Positions 38,884 to 49,072 of a stretch of DNA of 64,000 nucleotides are shown here, piece by piece. The DNA comes from Candidatus Saccharicenans sp. GTDB taxonomy: Bacteria > Acidobacteriota > Aminicenantia > Aminicenantales > Saccharicenantaceae. Made by a program: the position numbers and the translations under genes. The notes under the pieces are model-generated. The model was given only the letters and a program-made list of their open reading frames with translations, did no database searches and had not been told where the DNA came from. Position 1 is the stretch's first letter; every line of letters begins with the position of its first letter. The DNA is taken from NCBI GenBank assembly GCA_026414545.1, contig JAOAIU010000048.1, positions 46,172-110,171 of the forward strand, given 5' to 3'.

Positions 38884-40710
38884 CTATTTAATCAGCTTGG
38901 CCAGACGGCCGGCCAGGTTCTGGTCCAGTTTCTGCAGGGTCTTCAGCACTTCCCGGGCACTGTAGTTATCCTTGAGATTTATGTAGGTTATACCCAGGTT
39001 ATACTGAGCCACGGCATTGTTGGGATTAAGGGAAACGCTTTTCTCCAGGTTGGGCAGGGCTTTTTCAAAATCCTTCAGGAGCATGTATTCCAGCCCAATA
39101 TTCAACCAGCCGCTGGGGTCATCCGGAGCCAGGGCGGTATACTTTTTAAAAGCTTCCACTGCTTCTGGATGTTTTTTCATCTTGTCGTACACGATTCCCA
39201 GGTTGAACCAGGCATGAGTATAGTCACCCTTGACGGCCAGGCATTCATTTAAGGTGCTGGCTGCTTCTTCCAGCTGGCCCAGCCGGTCATACATGATTGC
39301 CAGATTGTACAGAGCCACTTCATTTTTCGGATTTATTTCCACTATTTTCCGGGCCGCTTCGACCGCCTTATCGTATTTCTGGGCCCGGTCATACATCTGC
39401 ATGATTTGCCCGTAGTAGGTAATGGCATCACGCTGGTTCATGGCGGCCAGTTTCTTGAAGACCGCTTCTGCTTCATCCAGCTGATTGGTTTCGGCCAGCA
39501 GCTTGGCCAGGTTATAATTAGAGTTAAGGTCGTCGGGGTTAATCTTCAGAGCTTCCCGGAAAGCGGCAATGGCTCTGTCGGGCTGATTCAGCCGCTGGTA
39601 GGTCTGGGCCAGTTTCAACCAGGCCGGAAAGGGATTGGCCGGCCCACTCCTGGCATACTTTTCATAATTTTCTGCGGCCCGGGCCAGGTCCTGCAATTCC
39701 TCGTAGGCTGTGCCCAGCTCAAAATATACTTCCTTCAACTCCACCCGATTGCCTATGGCCCTTTCCAGGAACTCGGCCGCTTCTTTAAACTTTCTCTCCT
39801 TAATCTGGGTCAAGCCCATCCCATAAAGAGCCCGGGGATGGTTCGGGTTTAAGAGTATAGCTTTAGCAAAATTCTTATAGCTTTCGGCTGTATTGCCAAG
39901 TTTCAAATAAGCCTGGCCAAGAAGCACATAGCCCTCCAGGTCATCCGGCTTAAACTTAAGGTATTTCTCCAGATAGACGCTGGTCAGGCCCGGCTCGTTC
40001 AGCAGGGCAGCGGCCATGCCCACCAGGAAACTGCCCTCGGCCTGTTCCAGATAATTTTCCTTGGTGGCTGATTTCAGTTCCTGCCCCTTGGCCTGGGAGT
40101 TCATAGCCAGGACCGCTTCCACCGGAACACCAAATTTGACTCCCGAACCGAAGACCAGGGCCACACCCACCACCTTACCCTGAACATCAAAAATCGGTGC
40201 TCCGCAGCCGGGTTTTTCCAGGTTCATGGTCATTTCCATAACCCTGATTTTGCCTGGCGAGAGGTCCAGCCAGCTCCTCATGTTCCCTTCGGTTATGATT
40301 ACCTGTCCCGAGATTTCACTCAGGGCAAAAAGACGGTCCCCGGCCTGAAGACCGGTGGACACTCCGGCCGACAGCCCGCTGACTTTGCCTTTTATCCTGA
40401 TCAGAGCCAGATCGTAATCGCGGGAGGTAGCTACCAGTGATTCCACCTTGCCGCTCTTGCCCGAGATGCTGGTCACTTCGGCTTCTGCGGCCTGGGAAAT
40501 GAGATGGTAGGGCACCACCACCAGATTATCGGCCAGGGCAAAACCCGTGCCCTCCCCCACCACGTTCTTGCTATTATCCCAGGCCTTTAAGGTTACCACC
40601 CCGGCCGAAGCTTTGCCAAGTATATCAACGGCTTCCTGCGTCTGAACGGCCATCAGACCCTGACAGAGGACGAAAAAACCAACTATCAGAAAAAGATAGT
40701 CCTTTTTCAT
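38884..40710 (-). CDS. Secreted trypsin-like domain plus TPR-repeat protein
   Basis: Signal peptide, GTGF..VVPYHLI, YDLAL, PGCGAPIF..GKVVGV, followed by about 10 TPRs. Confidence 0.85.
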   Translation of the reverse strand: MKKDYLFLIVGFFVLCQGLMAVQTQEAVDILGKASAGVVTLKAWDNSKNVVGEGTGFALADNLVVVPYHLISQAAEAEVTSISGKSGKVESLVATSRDYDLALIRIKGKVSGLSAGVSTGLQAGDRLFALSEISGQVIITEGNMRSWLDLSPGKIRVMEMTMNLEKPGCGAPIFDVQGKVVGVALVFGSGVKFGVPVEAVLAMNSQAKGQELKSATKENYLEQAEGSFLVGMAAALLNEPGLTSVYLEKYLKFKPDDLEGYVLLGQAYLKLGNTAESYKNFAKAILLNPNHPRALYGMGLTQIKERKFKEAAEFLERAIGNRVELKEVYFELGTAYEELQDLARAAENYEKYARSGPANPFPAWLKLAQTYQRLNQPDRAIAAFREALKINPDDLNSNYNLAKLLAETNQLDEAEAVFKKLAAMNQRDAITYYGQIMQMYDRAQKYDKAVEAARKIVEINPKNEVALYNLAIMYDRLGQLEEAASTLNECLAVKGDYTHAWFNLGIVYDKMKKHPEAVEAFKKYTALAPDDPSGWLNIGLEYMLLKDFEKALPNLEKSVSLNPNNAVAQYNLGITYINLKDNYSAREVLKTLQKLDQNLAGRLAKLIK

Positions 40711-40793
40711 CGTGCCTCCTTCCATTCCATCAGAGAAAAATTTATATTATCTTTAATCATTGTGTCAAACAATTTATTAAAGCTGTGGACCTG

Positions 40794-41273
40794 ATGAGCA
40801 GATTCAAAACCTTGATCTGGTTGGCCACCGTCTTTTTTTCGGGCCTGATCCTGTCGGGCATATTCCTGGCTCCACTGCTTCAGGAAAAAAGCCCGGCTCT
40901 TTCCGCCTTTATCTATCACCTCTTCTCCACCATCTGCCACCAGAGGGTTGAGCGTTCCTTTTTCTGGCTCGGCCAGCAGCTGGCTGTCTGCAGCCGGTGC
41001 CTGGGTTTTTATGCCGGCTTTTTCCTGAGTGCTCTGGCTTATCCCCTGTGGCCACATCGGCTCGTCCGCTGGCTGGAATCGAGGCCCTCATTAATTTTAG
41101 TCGCCGCTGGACCACTGATTGTGGACGCCACCGGAGGCCTTCTCGGCCTGTGGTGGACAACGCTGAGCCTCAGGCTGGCCAGTGGAGTTCTCTGGGCAGT
41201 CTTCCTGCCTTTCTTCTGGTTCAGGGCTCTTTTCAACCTGTCGGGAACATCCGGACAGACCAGCCGCGGCTGA
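40794..41273 (+). CDS. DUF2085-like membrane protein
   Basis: ICHQRVERSF...QLAVCSRCLG motif plus TM helices. Confidence 0.75.
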   Translation: MSRFKTLIWLATVFFSGLILSGIFLAPLLQEKSPALSAFIYHLFSTICHQRVERSFFWLGQQLAVCSRCLGFYAGFFLSALAYPLWPHRLVRWLESRPSLILVAAGPLIVDATGGLLGLWWTTLSLRLASGVLWAVFLPFFWFRALFNLSGTSGQTSRG

Positions 41274-41335
41274 CTATTTGCCTTAAGGGGCTTTTAATCG
41301 TAAAATTAATAACCTTTAGGAAGAGAAAAGCAAAA

Positions 41336-41863
41336 ATGAGCAGACAGGACCACAACCTGATTATCCCGGCACTGATAGGCGGAAGCCTGGCCGGAATTCT
41401 ATCATCAATCCCTTTTTTTCACTGTCTCTGCTGCCTGTGGGTTCTGGCCGGCGGGGTGCTGGCTACTTATCTGTTTTCCGACAGGGTTAGCCAACAATCT
41501 ACCTATAAGATGAGTGATGCCCTTTTGACCGGAGCCCTGTCTGGAGTTTTTGGGGCCATTATCAGCATCATAATAAAAACCCCGCTCACCGGCTATTATC
41601 TTAACTGGAACAAAAGATTCCTGGAAAGTCTGGCCCGGTTTGTCGATGAGATGCCTCCCGGCTGGGAAAAATGGACTGAAATCGGACAGCAGGGCTGGAC
41701 TCCTTTTACCTTTTTTTTGAACCTGCTTCTGACCTCAAGCCTCTATGCCTTTCTCGGGGGGCTGGGCGGCCTGATCGGCTTTTCTCTCTTCAAACCGTCC
41801 AAAGGAGCCATGAATGAAACGCCGACTCCTCAAAACCCGGGTGATAGTCAACCCGGCCTCTAA
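41336..41863 (+). CDS. Hypothetical membrane protein
   Basis: Gly-rich TM helices and a CLCCLW motif; overlaps the next gene. Confidence 0.7.
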   Translation: MSRQDHNLIIPALIGGSLAGILSSIPFFHCLCCLWVLAGGVLATYLFSDRVSQQSTYKMSDALLTGALSGVFGAIISIIIKTPLTGYYLNWNKRFLESLARFVDEMPPGWEKWTEIGQQGWTPFTFFLNLLLTSSLYAFLGGLGGLIGFSLFKPSKGAMNETPTPQNPGDSQPGL

Positions 41864-42764
41864 CCAGGGACGCACCAGGCAACGCTGGCTGGAGATCAAA
41901 GAAAGCCTGAAGAGCTTTTTTAAGGAATTCAAGTACGACTTCACCGAAAAACCCTTCCAGGCCACCGAACTGGCCCGGGAGGCTCTGAAGGAAGGAACCG
42001 AGTTGCTGATCGGCGTTGGCGGCGACGGCACAGTCAACGAAATTGCCAACGGCTTTTTTGATAATCAGAAGGTCATCAACCCGGAGGCCAGTCTGGGCAT
42101 TGTGCCCTCGGGCACTGGCTGTGACCTGACCCGCAGCCTGAATATCCCGCGCAACCTGAAAAACGCCGTCAAATTCATCTCGGAAGCGCCAGACCAGTCG
42201 ATAGACGTCGGTCGGGTCAGCTTTACCGGCGCGGAAGGCCGGGTGGATAGCCGTTATTTCCTTAACATCGCCGATTTTGGCCTGGGGGGTGAAGTGGTCA
42301 GAAGAGTTAATGAGGAAAGGCTGAAAAGAAAGGCTTCTTCCTACGTTCGCTGCCTGATAGAGACCATGCTCTCATTCAAGGGCCACGAGGTAACGATTTC
42401 AGTCGATAACCGGGAAGAAGCATCCGGTCGGTATCTGATTGGAGCCATCGCCAACGGCCAGATTTTCGGCAAAGGCATGAAGGTGGCCCCGCGGGCCCGG
42501 CTGGATGACAGCCTGTTCGACATCATCTTGGTCAAGAGCCTGAGCTTCCTGGAATTCTGCCTCCACGGCTGGAAATTGATAAACGGCAGCCATCTTAACT
42601 ATCACAAGGTATCAATGTGGCGGGGACAGAAGGTCATGGTTACCCCGCTGCGGCCCGAACCGGTGTTGATCGAGCTGGACGGCGAACAGGTGGGGCGCCT
42701 GCCAGCCTCGTTTGAAATCATACCGGGCAGCCTCCAGGTAAAGGGCTTCCTGAAAAAAAACTGA
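41814..42764 (+). CDS. Diacylglycerol kinase-family lipid kinase (DagK/YegS-like)
   Basis: IVNPAS, GGDGTVNE, PSGTGCDL, DGE motifs. Confidence 0.9.
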   Translation: MKRRLLKTRVIVNPASNQGRTRQRWLEIKESLKSFFKEFKYDFTEKPFQATELAREALKEGTELLIGVGGDGTVNEIANGFFDNQKVINPEASLGIVPSGTGCDLTRSLNIPRNLKNAVKFISEAPDQSIDVGRVSFTGAEGRVDSRYFLNIADFGLGGEVVRRVNEERLKRKASSYVRCLIETMLSFKGHEVTISVDNREEASGRYLIGAIANGQIFGKGMKVAPRARLDDSLFDIILVKSLSFLEFCLHGWKLINGSHLNYHKVSMWRGQKVMVTPLRPEPVLIELDGEQVGRLPASFEIIPGSLQVKGFLKKN

Positions 42765-42791
42765 TTTGAACTGAAATAGATACTGGCCGGG

Positions 42792-43337
42792 CTATTTTCT
42801 GGGCAGGTAATAAGGATTATTAGTGACACACAGTCGCCCGGTTTCGTCGTAAAAACGGTAAATTTTGGTCCGGGTTTTGATGTAGGGGTTCCTGTACTCA
42901 ACCTTTTTCAGGTAGGTCCTGGTTTCGGGATAGGGCGGAACGCCATTATGTTTTTCCACCGCCCCCTGGCCGGCATTATATGCAGAAAGCACCAGGTTCC
43001 GGTCGCCCTTGTACTGTTTGATAAGGTCCTTTAAGTACTTGATCCCGCCCTCGATGTTCTGTTCCGGGTCCAGAATATTCAGGACGCCGTACTTCATAGC
43101 TGTCTCCGGCATCAATTGCATCAGGCCCAGAGCCCCCTTGGCTGAGACGGCAAACTGGTCGTAATTGGATTCCGCTTTGATCACGGCGTGAACCAGGTCG
43201 GCCGGAACGCCATGCCGGGCTGCCAGTTTCTGGATGATGGGGTCGTACCTGGCCTTCAGCTCATCCTGGCGCGAAGCCAACAGGAAGGCCGAGCAGGCCA
43301 TGGACAGCAGCCACAGACACAGAATCCTTCTTCCCAT
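42792..43337 (-). CDS. Lytic transglycosylase (SLT domain)
   Basis: AVIKAES, GALGLMQLMP, AYNAG, PPYPET; signal peptide. Confidence 0.92.
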   Translation of the reverse strand: MGRRILCLWLLSMACSAFLLASRQDELKARYDPIIQKLAARHGVPADLVHAVIKAESNYDQFAVSAKGALGLMQLMPETAMKYGVLNILDPEQNIEGGIKYLKDLIKQYKGDRNLVLSAYNAGQGAVEKHNGVPPYPETRTYLKKVEYRNPYIKTRTKIYRFYDETGRLCVTNNPYYLPRK

Positions 43338-43393
43338 GCTAACTATATCCTAAGAATTTCGGCCGGCCCTGACAATCCCCTTTCGGGGTGATT

Positions 43394-46030
43394 TTATAGC
43401 ACCTTTTCCAGCAGGTCAAGACTCTTTTCCAGGGCCTGGTCAATGTTCTCGGGCTTTGTTCCGCCGGCCTGGGCAAAATCGGGCCGGCCTCCCCCACCTC
43501 CCCCGATAATTCCGGCGATATCTTTTATCAACCGGTTGGCTTGAACTCTGGGAGTCAGGTCGGCAGTCACCGCCACTACTAGGAAAACCCGCCCGTCGAC
43601 TGCCGAGGTTAGAACAATCACCCCTGAGCCGATTTTCTGCTTCAGGCTATCGGCATATTGCCTGAGAGCCTCGATATCTATTCCCTCGAATTTCTGGGTT
43701 ACCAGCTTGATGCCTTTTATCTCCCTGACGGCCATTTCCGGAGATTGCCCGGCCTGCTGCACCAGTTTTTGCTTGAGTTTCCTTACCTCTTCTTCCCTCG
43801 CTTCGAGGGTCTCCAGCATCTTTTCTGTTCGGGTCAGGAGCTCTTTACGGCTGACCTTTAATAGCCCTTCCAGTTGCCGCAATTGTTTTTCCAGAGATTC
43901 AACGTAATTAAAAGCTTCCTCTCCGGTGACGGCTTCTATTCGGCGCAACCCGGCAGCCACGCTGGATTCAGAGATGATCTTGAAAAAACCTATTTCTCCG
44001 CTCTGCCGTACATGGATACCGCCGCAGAGCTCCTTGCTGAAATCCCCCACAGTGACCAGCCTGACCTTTTCCCCGTATTTTTCTTCAAAGATGGCCATGG
44101 CCCCTTCGGCCAGGCCCTCTTCCAGGGTGGTCACTTTTACCGTCACCGGCAGGTTTTCCCTAATTTTTTCGTTAACCAGCCGCTCCACCTTTTCTATTTC
44201 TTCTTCGCTCAGAGCGGCAAAATGGGTGAAGTCAAAACGGAACCTCTGTTGGCTGACCAGCGAACCTGACTGCCTGACGTGGTCGCCCAGGATTTCCCTC
44301 AGGGCAGCATGGAGAAGGTGGGTGGCAGTGTGGTTGCGACTGATGGCTTTACGCCGGACGGCATCCACCATCGCCTCCACCACCTGTCCGGCTTTTAACT
44401 CCCCGGCCAGCACCTTGACCCGGTGAACGATCAGCCCGGGAATAGGGGCGAAGGTATTCTCCACCAGCCCGGAAAAATGCGAGCTTTTCAGTATGCCTGA
44501 GTCGCCCACCTGGCCCCCCGCTTCAGCATAAAACGGGGTTACCGACAGGATGACTTCACCGCTGTCTCCTTCTTTAAGGGATTCGACCGCCTGGCCGTTT
44601 TTAATAATGGCCAGGACCACGGTTTCTCCGACTTCCGTCCTATCGTAGAAAACGGGCTCTATCTTCAGATGCTGGTAATTCTGGTAGACCGATTTTTCCC
44701 GGAACCTGGCTTCACCCTCCCAGGACTGCCGGGCCCTTTCCTTCTGAATCTCCAGCTCTTTCTGGAAACCGGTTTCGTCCACTTCCAGGTTCTTCTCTCG
44801 AGCCAGTTCCTGGCAGAGGTCGAGCGGAAAGCCAAAGGTGTCATAGAGCTTGAAGACTCTATCTCCGGGTATGACGCGGCTTCCAGAGGCCAGGGTTTCC
44901 TCGGCATATTGCTCAAAATAGCGGAGCCCCGAGTTCAGAGTATAGATAAAACGTTCTTCCTCGGCCAGGCAGACCCGGCTGATGTAGGGCAAGTTAGACA
45001 TGAGCTCCGGGTAGGCTTCCTTCATTATGTCCACCACCCGGCCAGCCAGCCGGTAAAGAAAAGGCCTGTCCAGTCCCAGCAGATTACCTCGCCGGTAGGC
45101 TCTTCTTATCAGCCGGCGCAAGACATAACCGCGTCCATCGTTGGCCGGAGTCACTCCGTCGCCTATCAGAAAAGTAATGGCCCTGATATGGTCGGCAATG
45201 ATTCTGACCCAGACGTCGGTTTCCCCGCCGGTCGGGTACTCCTGGTTTGTTTCCTGAACGATGGCCTGGATCAGCGGGGCGAACAGATCAGTCTCAAAAT
45301 TACTCCTGCGGCCCTGGAGAACAGCAGCCATTCTTTCCAGCCCCATTCCCGTGTCGATAGAAGGTTTGGGCAACGGGTGCATCCGGCCCTGCTCGTCCTG
45401 GAAAAATTCCATGAAAACCAGGTTCCAGAGTTCGACGAACCGGTAGCTGCCACTGGCAATCAGCTCCCGGGGTGAACCGGGCTCGAGGTCTTCCCCCAGG
45501 TCGTAATGAATTTCTGAACAGGGACCGCAGGGTCCGGTCTCGCCCATGGCCCAGAAATTGTCCTCCTTGCCGAAACGAAAAATCTTTTCGGCCGGGATGC
45601 CGATTTCCCGGTTCCAGAGGCGAAAGGCCTCATCATCATCCTGATAGACCGTTATGTAAAGCCTCTCGGCCGGCAACCGATAAATTGAGGTTACCAGCTC
45701 CCAGGCAAAGACAATGGCTTCCCCCTTGAAATAATCGCCGAAGGAAAAATTCCCCAGCATCTCAAAAAAGGTATGATGCTTGGGAGTTCGGCCCACCTGT
45801 TCCAGGTCATTGTGTTTGCCGCTCACCCGCAAACACTTCTGAACGGTAGCCGCCCGGCTGTAACTGCGTTTTTCCAGTCCAAGAAAGATGTTCTTGAACT
45901 GGTTCATGCCGGCATTGGTGAATAATAAAGTGGGGTCGTCCTTGGGAATGAGGGGTGAACTCGGAACTACCCGGTGACCTTTCTTCTCGAAGAACTCCAG
46001 AAAAGCAGTTCTGATCTCATTAGCTTTCAT
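43394..46030 (-). CDS. alaS: Alanine--tRNA ligase
   Basis: LFTNAGM, HHTFFEMLGNFSFGDYFK, DTGMGLER, NHTATH, ELCGG, GGGGG. Confidence 0.98.
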   Translation of the reverse strand: MKANEIRTAFLEFFEKKGHRVVPSSPLIPKDDPTLLFTNAGMNQFKNIFLGLEKRSYSRAATVQKCLRVSGKHNDLEQVGRTPKHHTFFEMLGNFSFGDYFKGEAIVFAWELVTSIYRLPAERLYITVYQDDDEAFRLWNREIGIPAEKIFRFGKEDNFWAMGETGPCGPCSEIHYDLGEDLEPGSPRELIASGSYRFVELWNLVFMEFFQDEQGRMHPLPKPSIDTGMGLERMAAVLQGRRSNFETDLFAPLIQAIVQETNQEYPTGGETDVWVRIIADHIRAITFLIGDGVTPANDGRGYVLRRLIRRAYRRGNLLGLDRPFLYRLAGRVVDIMKEAYPELMSNLPYISRVCLAEEERFIYTLNSGLRYFEQYAEETLASGSRVIPGDRVFKLYDTFGFPLDLCQELAREKNLEVDETGFQKELEIQKERARQSWEGEARFREKSVYQNYQHLKIEPVFYDRTEVGETVVLAIIKNGQAVESLKEGDSGEVILSVTPFYAEAGGQVGDSGILKSSHFSGLVENTFAPIPGLIVHRVKVLAGELKAGQVVEAMVDAVRRKAISRNHTATHLLHAALREILGDHVRQSGSLVSQQRFRFDFTHFAALSEEEIEKVERLVNEKIRENLPVTVKVTTLEEGLAEGAMAIFEEKYGEKVRLVTVGDFSKELCGGIHVRQSGEIGFFKIISESSVAAGLRRIEAVTGEEAFNYVESLEKQLRQLEGLLKVSRKELLTRTEKMLETLEAREEEVRKLKQKLVQQAGQSPEMAVREIKGIKLVTQKFEGIDIEALRQYADSLKQKIGSGVIVLTSAVDGRVFLVVAVTADLTPRVQANRLIKDIAGIIGGGGGGRPDFAQAGGTKPENIDQALEKSLDLLEKVL

Positions 46031-46036
46031 CGTCCT

Positions 46037-47194
46037 CTAACTTTCCTCTTCACGCCCTCCTTCAATTCTCTCCACTTTGACCATTTCCTTTTCCATCTGC
46101 TCGAGTGCGATGTCCAGCGTGGACTGGACCCCCATAACCCTCAGTTTGAAGGCATCTGGATTGGAGGAATACTTGATGCCCTGCTCGAACGAGATGTAAC
46201 CATCCCGATATAGCTGATATATTGACTGGTCAAAAGTCTGCATTCCATATTGAGAAACTCCGGTGGCAATGGCATCGCGAATGAGGCTGGTCTTGTCGCG
46301 GTCGGCTATGCATTCCTGAATAAATGGAGTGGAAATCATGACTTCCACTGCCGGCACCCGGCCCTGCTCGTCCATCCTCGGCACCAGGCGCATGGAGATG
46401 ACCGCTTTGAGGACGCTGGCCAGCTGCAGCCTGACCTGTCTCTGGTGATGCGGCGGGAAGGTGGCGATAATCCGGTTGATAGTTTCAGGAGCGTCCAGGG
46501 TATGCAGGGTGCTGAGAACCAGGTGTCCGGTTTCGGCCGCTAGCAGGGCCGTTTCGATGGTTTCCAGGTCTCTCATTTCACCCACCAGGATGACATCGGG
46601 GTCTTCGCGCAGACAGGCTCTCAGTCCCCGGGAGAAACTCAGGACGTCCATGCCCACTTCTCTCTGGCTGATGGTGCTTTTCTTGTCCTTGTGCAGGTAT
46701 TCGATCGGGTCTTCAACGGTGATGATGTTTTCCCGGCGGTAGGTGTTGATGTAATCAATCATGGCCGCCAGGGTGGTGGTCTTGCCGCTTCCGGTGGTTC
46801 CGGTCACCAGGACCAGACCCCGGGGATAAAAAGCGATTTTTTCCAACACCTCGGGCAGCAGCAGTTCTCTGATGGTCTTCACTTCCAGGGGAATAATTCT
46901 CAGGGAGATGGCCAGGGTACCCCTCTGGTAATAAATGTTGCCCCTGAACCGGCCGAAACCCGACAGGCTGTAGGCCAGGTCCACATCAAAGTCTTCCTTA
47001 AGTTTCTTGCGCTGGTAATCGCTCATGATCTGGTTGGCCAGGTCGGCCGTATCCTCCCCGGTCAACCGCGGGAAGCCCACCAGCGGGATTAACGTACCGT
47101 GGACCCTGATCATCGGATGATTTCCGGCTTTAAGATGAAGGTCCGAGGCATCTCTTTCGATGGCAATCTTTAATAAATCATCAATGATCATCAA
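46037..47194 (-). CDS. pilT: PilT/PilU-family type IV pilus retraction ATPase
   Basis: ASDLHL, GTTGSGKTT, TVEDPIE, LREDPDVILVGEMRD, AETGHLV..TLH, GMQTFDQ. Confidence 0.9.
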   Translation of the reverse strand: MMIIDDLLKIAIERDASDLHLKAGNHPMIRVHGTLIPLVGFPRLTGEDTADLANQIMSDYQRKKLKEDFDVDLAYSLSGFGRFRGNIYYQRGTLAISLRIIPLEVKTIRELLLPEVLEKIAFYPRGLVLVTGTTGSGKTTTLAAMIDYINTYRRENIITVEDPIEYLHKDKKSTISQREVGMDVLSFSRGLRACLREDPDVILVGEMRDLETIETALLAAETGHLVLSTLHTLDAPETINRIIATFPPHHQRQVRLQLASVLKAVISMRLVPRMDEQGRVPAVEVMISTPFIQECIADRDKTSLIRDAIATGVSQYGMQTFDQSIYQLYRDGYISFEQGIKYSSNPDAFKLRVMGVQSTLDIALEQMEKEMVKVERIEGGREEES

Positions 47195-47347
47195 ACCCTC
47201 CCCTAACTCCGATATCTACTGATATAAAAAGAAAGCCGGTGTTCCGTTCCGACAGGAAAAAACGGTATCCGTTTACTGGGATTTTTCTTTCCGAACAGCT
47301 CATCTTTCCTGGCGTCTCCCTGCCCGGCTTAAACTCAAATTGTTTTT

Positions 47348-47376
47348 ATAGTAAAACAACTGCTGCTCAATGTCAA
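47348..47376 (-). promoter_or_regulatory. sigma70 promoter upstream of pilT-alaS
   Basis: TTGACA-17 bp-TACTAT on the minus strand. Confidence 0.6.
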
Positions 47377-47409
47377 TTTTAGGAAGCCCCGCGAATTTCA
47401 GCCCCGGGC

Positions 47410-48348
47410 TCAGACACTTTCCCCGCAGTAGGGGCAGACCCTGGTTTTGTATGGCAACGGGCGGCGACAGTTCCAGCAGAGGTCCGACCGCCTCTGTTCC
47501 CGGGCCTTAATCCTGGCAAAGATATCATCCAGCTCGGTTGTCTTTTCTTCCTTTCCTTTGATCCGGCTGAGTTCCCTGATTATTTCTGAAGCGCTCTGCA
47601 CCCGGTCCTCCACTTTCGGAGCCAGACAGCGCATGATCAGGACATCGACCTCCTTGGGCACCTTCATATTTTTCAGACGGGGCGGGGTGATCTTCCCCTG
47701 CTGGGCTTTCTCCAGGATCTTGAAGGGGTCCGGGTCAAAAATGGGCGGCCGGCCAACAATCATCTCGTAGAAAATACAGCCTATGGAATAGATGTCCGAA
47801 CTGTAGGAAGCTTTGCCCAGGAACTGTTCCGGGGCCATATACGGAGGTGAGCCAATCCGGGTCGAGGCATACTGAGTGGAATTGAGCCAGGCCGAGGTCC
47901 CGAAGTCGGTGATCTTGACGGTCCCTTCCTCCGAAATCAGGATATTAGAAGGCCGCAGGTCACGGTGGATGATCTTATTTTTGTGGGCGTGGTCTACACC
48001 ATAGGCCACCTGCTTTATTATATCAACCGCCTTCTCGGCATCGAGAATCTTTTCCTTCTCCAAGACCTTTTCCAGAGATTTCCCCCGGACATATTCCATG
48101 ACCATGAAGAAGACGTCTTTTTCTTTTTCGGCCGCCAGCACCCGGACGATATTGGGATGGTTAAGCGCGGCCTGCAGCCTTGGTTCTTTGAGCAGTTTAT
48201 AAAGCTCCTGAGATTGCTTGTGAGGAACCTTGATGGCCACTTTGATGTCCAGCCAGGTGTCCCTGGCCAGGTAGACTGAGCCAAAGCCGCCGCTGCCCAG
48301 CGACCGGAGAATTTCGTACTTGCCTACTTTCTGTCCCTGAAGGAACAT
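47410..48348 (-). CDS. Hanks-type Ser/Thr protein kinase with C-terminal zinc ribbon
   Basis: GSGGFG, VAIK, HRDLRPSN, DFG, YMAPE, CWNC-x10-CPYC; no TM segment. Confidence 0.92.
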   Translation of the reverse strand: MFLQGQKVGKYEILRSLGSGGFGSVYLARDTWLDIKVAIKVPHKQSQELYKLLKEPRLQAALNHPNIVRVLAAEKEKDVFFMVMEYVRGKSLEKVLEKEKILDAEKAVDIIKQVAYGVDHAHKNKIIHRDLRPSNILISEEGTVKITDFGTSAWLNSTQYASTRIGSPPYMAPEQFLGKASYSSDIYSIGCIFYEMIVGRPPIFDPDPFKILEKAQQGKITPPRLKNMKVPKEVDVLIMRCLAPKVEDRVQSASEIIRELSRIKGKEEKTTELDDIFARIKAREQRRSDLCWNCRRPLPYKTRVCPYCGESV

Positions 48349-48349
48349 A

Positions 48350-49072
48350 TCACCAGTTCCAGAAATGAGAGATCAGGCTCAGGGCTGAAATTACAGCTGT
48401 TTCAGTTCTCAAAACCCGGCTTCCAAGCGACAGCCCCTGAAACCCGGCTCCGTCCAGCAGTTGCCTTTCTTCTTCAGCCCAGCCGCCTTCTGGTCCGGCC
48501 AGCAGAAATACTTCCTCCGTCCGGCCTGACATAAGTATATCACGAAAATATCTGGGACTGTCCTCCGACAGATAAAATTTCGAGCCGGACACTTTCCGGC
48601 CAACGGCCTGTTCCAACTTGAGTGGAGGAGCGAGGAGGGGAAGGCTGCCACCCTTGCATTGTTTAAGGGCTTCTCTGGCTATTTTTTCCCAGCGCTGAAT
48701 TCTTTTCCCCAGACGGTCAGGTGGCAGCGGTTGAGACCTTCTGGTCAGCAACGGCTGAATTTCTGAGACTCCCAGCTCGGTGGCTTTCTGGATTATGAAA
48801 TCAAACACGGCCGGCCTGGTCAGTCCCAGCCCCAGGATCACCCTGGTCCTGATTTCCTCCTCCACGGTCCTGAGCGGACGGAGCCATGTCTTTTCTTCTT
48901 CTACCGATTCAACCTCAGCCAGCAGGCGCCGACCCTTGCCATCAGTCAACCAGACCAGATTTCCAGGTTTCACCCTGGCCACCCGAGACAGATGGTGATG
49001 TTCCTGGCCTTCCAGATAGAAACGGGCCAGCCCTTCGGGCCACTCTTTGATAAAAAACTGGTTACTGGTCAC
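48350..49072 (-). CDS. rsmE: 16S rRNA m3U1498 methyltransferase
   Basis: [39 protein letters not shown]. Confidence 0.95.
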   Translation of the reverse strand: MTSNQFFIKEWPEGLARFYLEGQEHHHLSRVARVKPGNLVWLTDGKGRRLLAEVESVEEEKTWLRPLRTVEEEIRTRVILGLGLTRPAVFDFIIQKATELGVSEIQPLLTRRSQPLPPDRLGKRIQRWEKIAREALKQCKGGSLPLLAPPLKLEQAVGRKVSGSKFYLSEDSPRYFRDILMSGRTEEVFLLAGPEGGWAEEERQLLDGAGFQGLSLGSRVLRTETAVISALSLISHFWNW

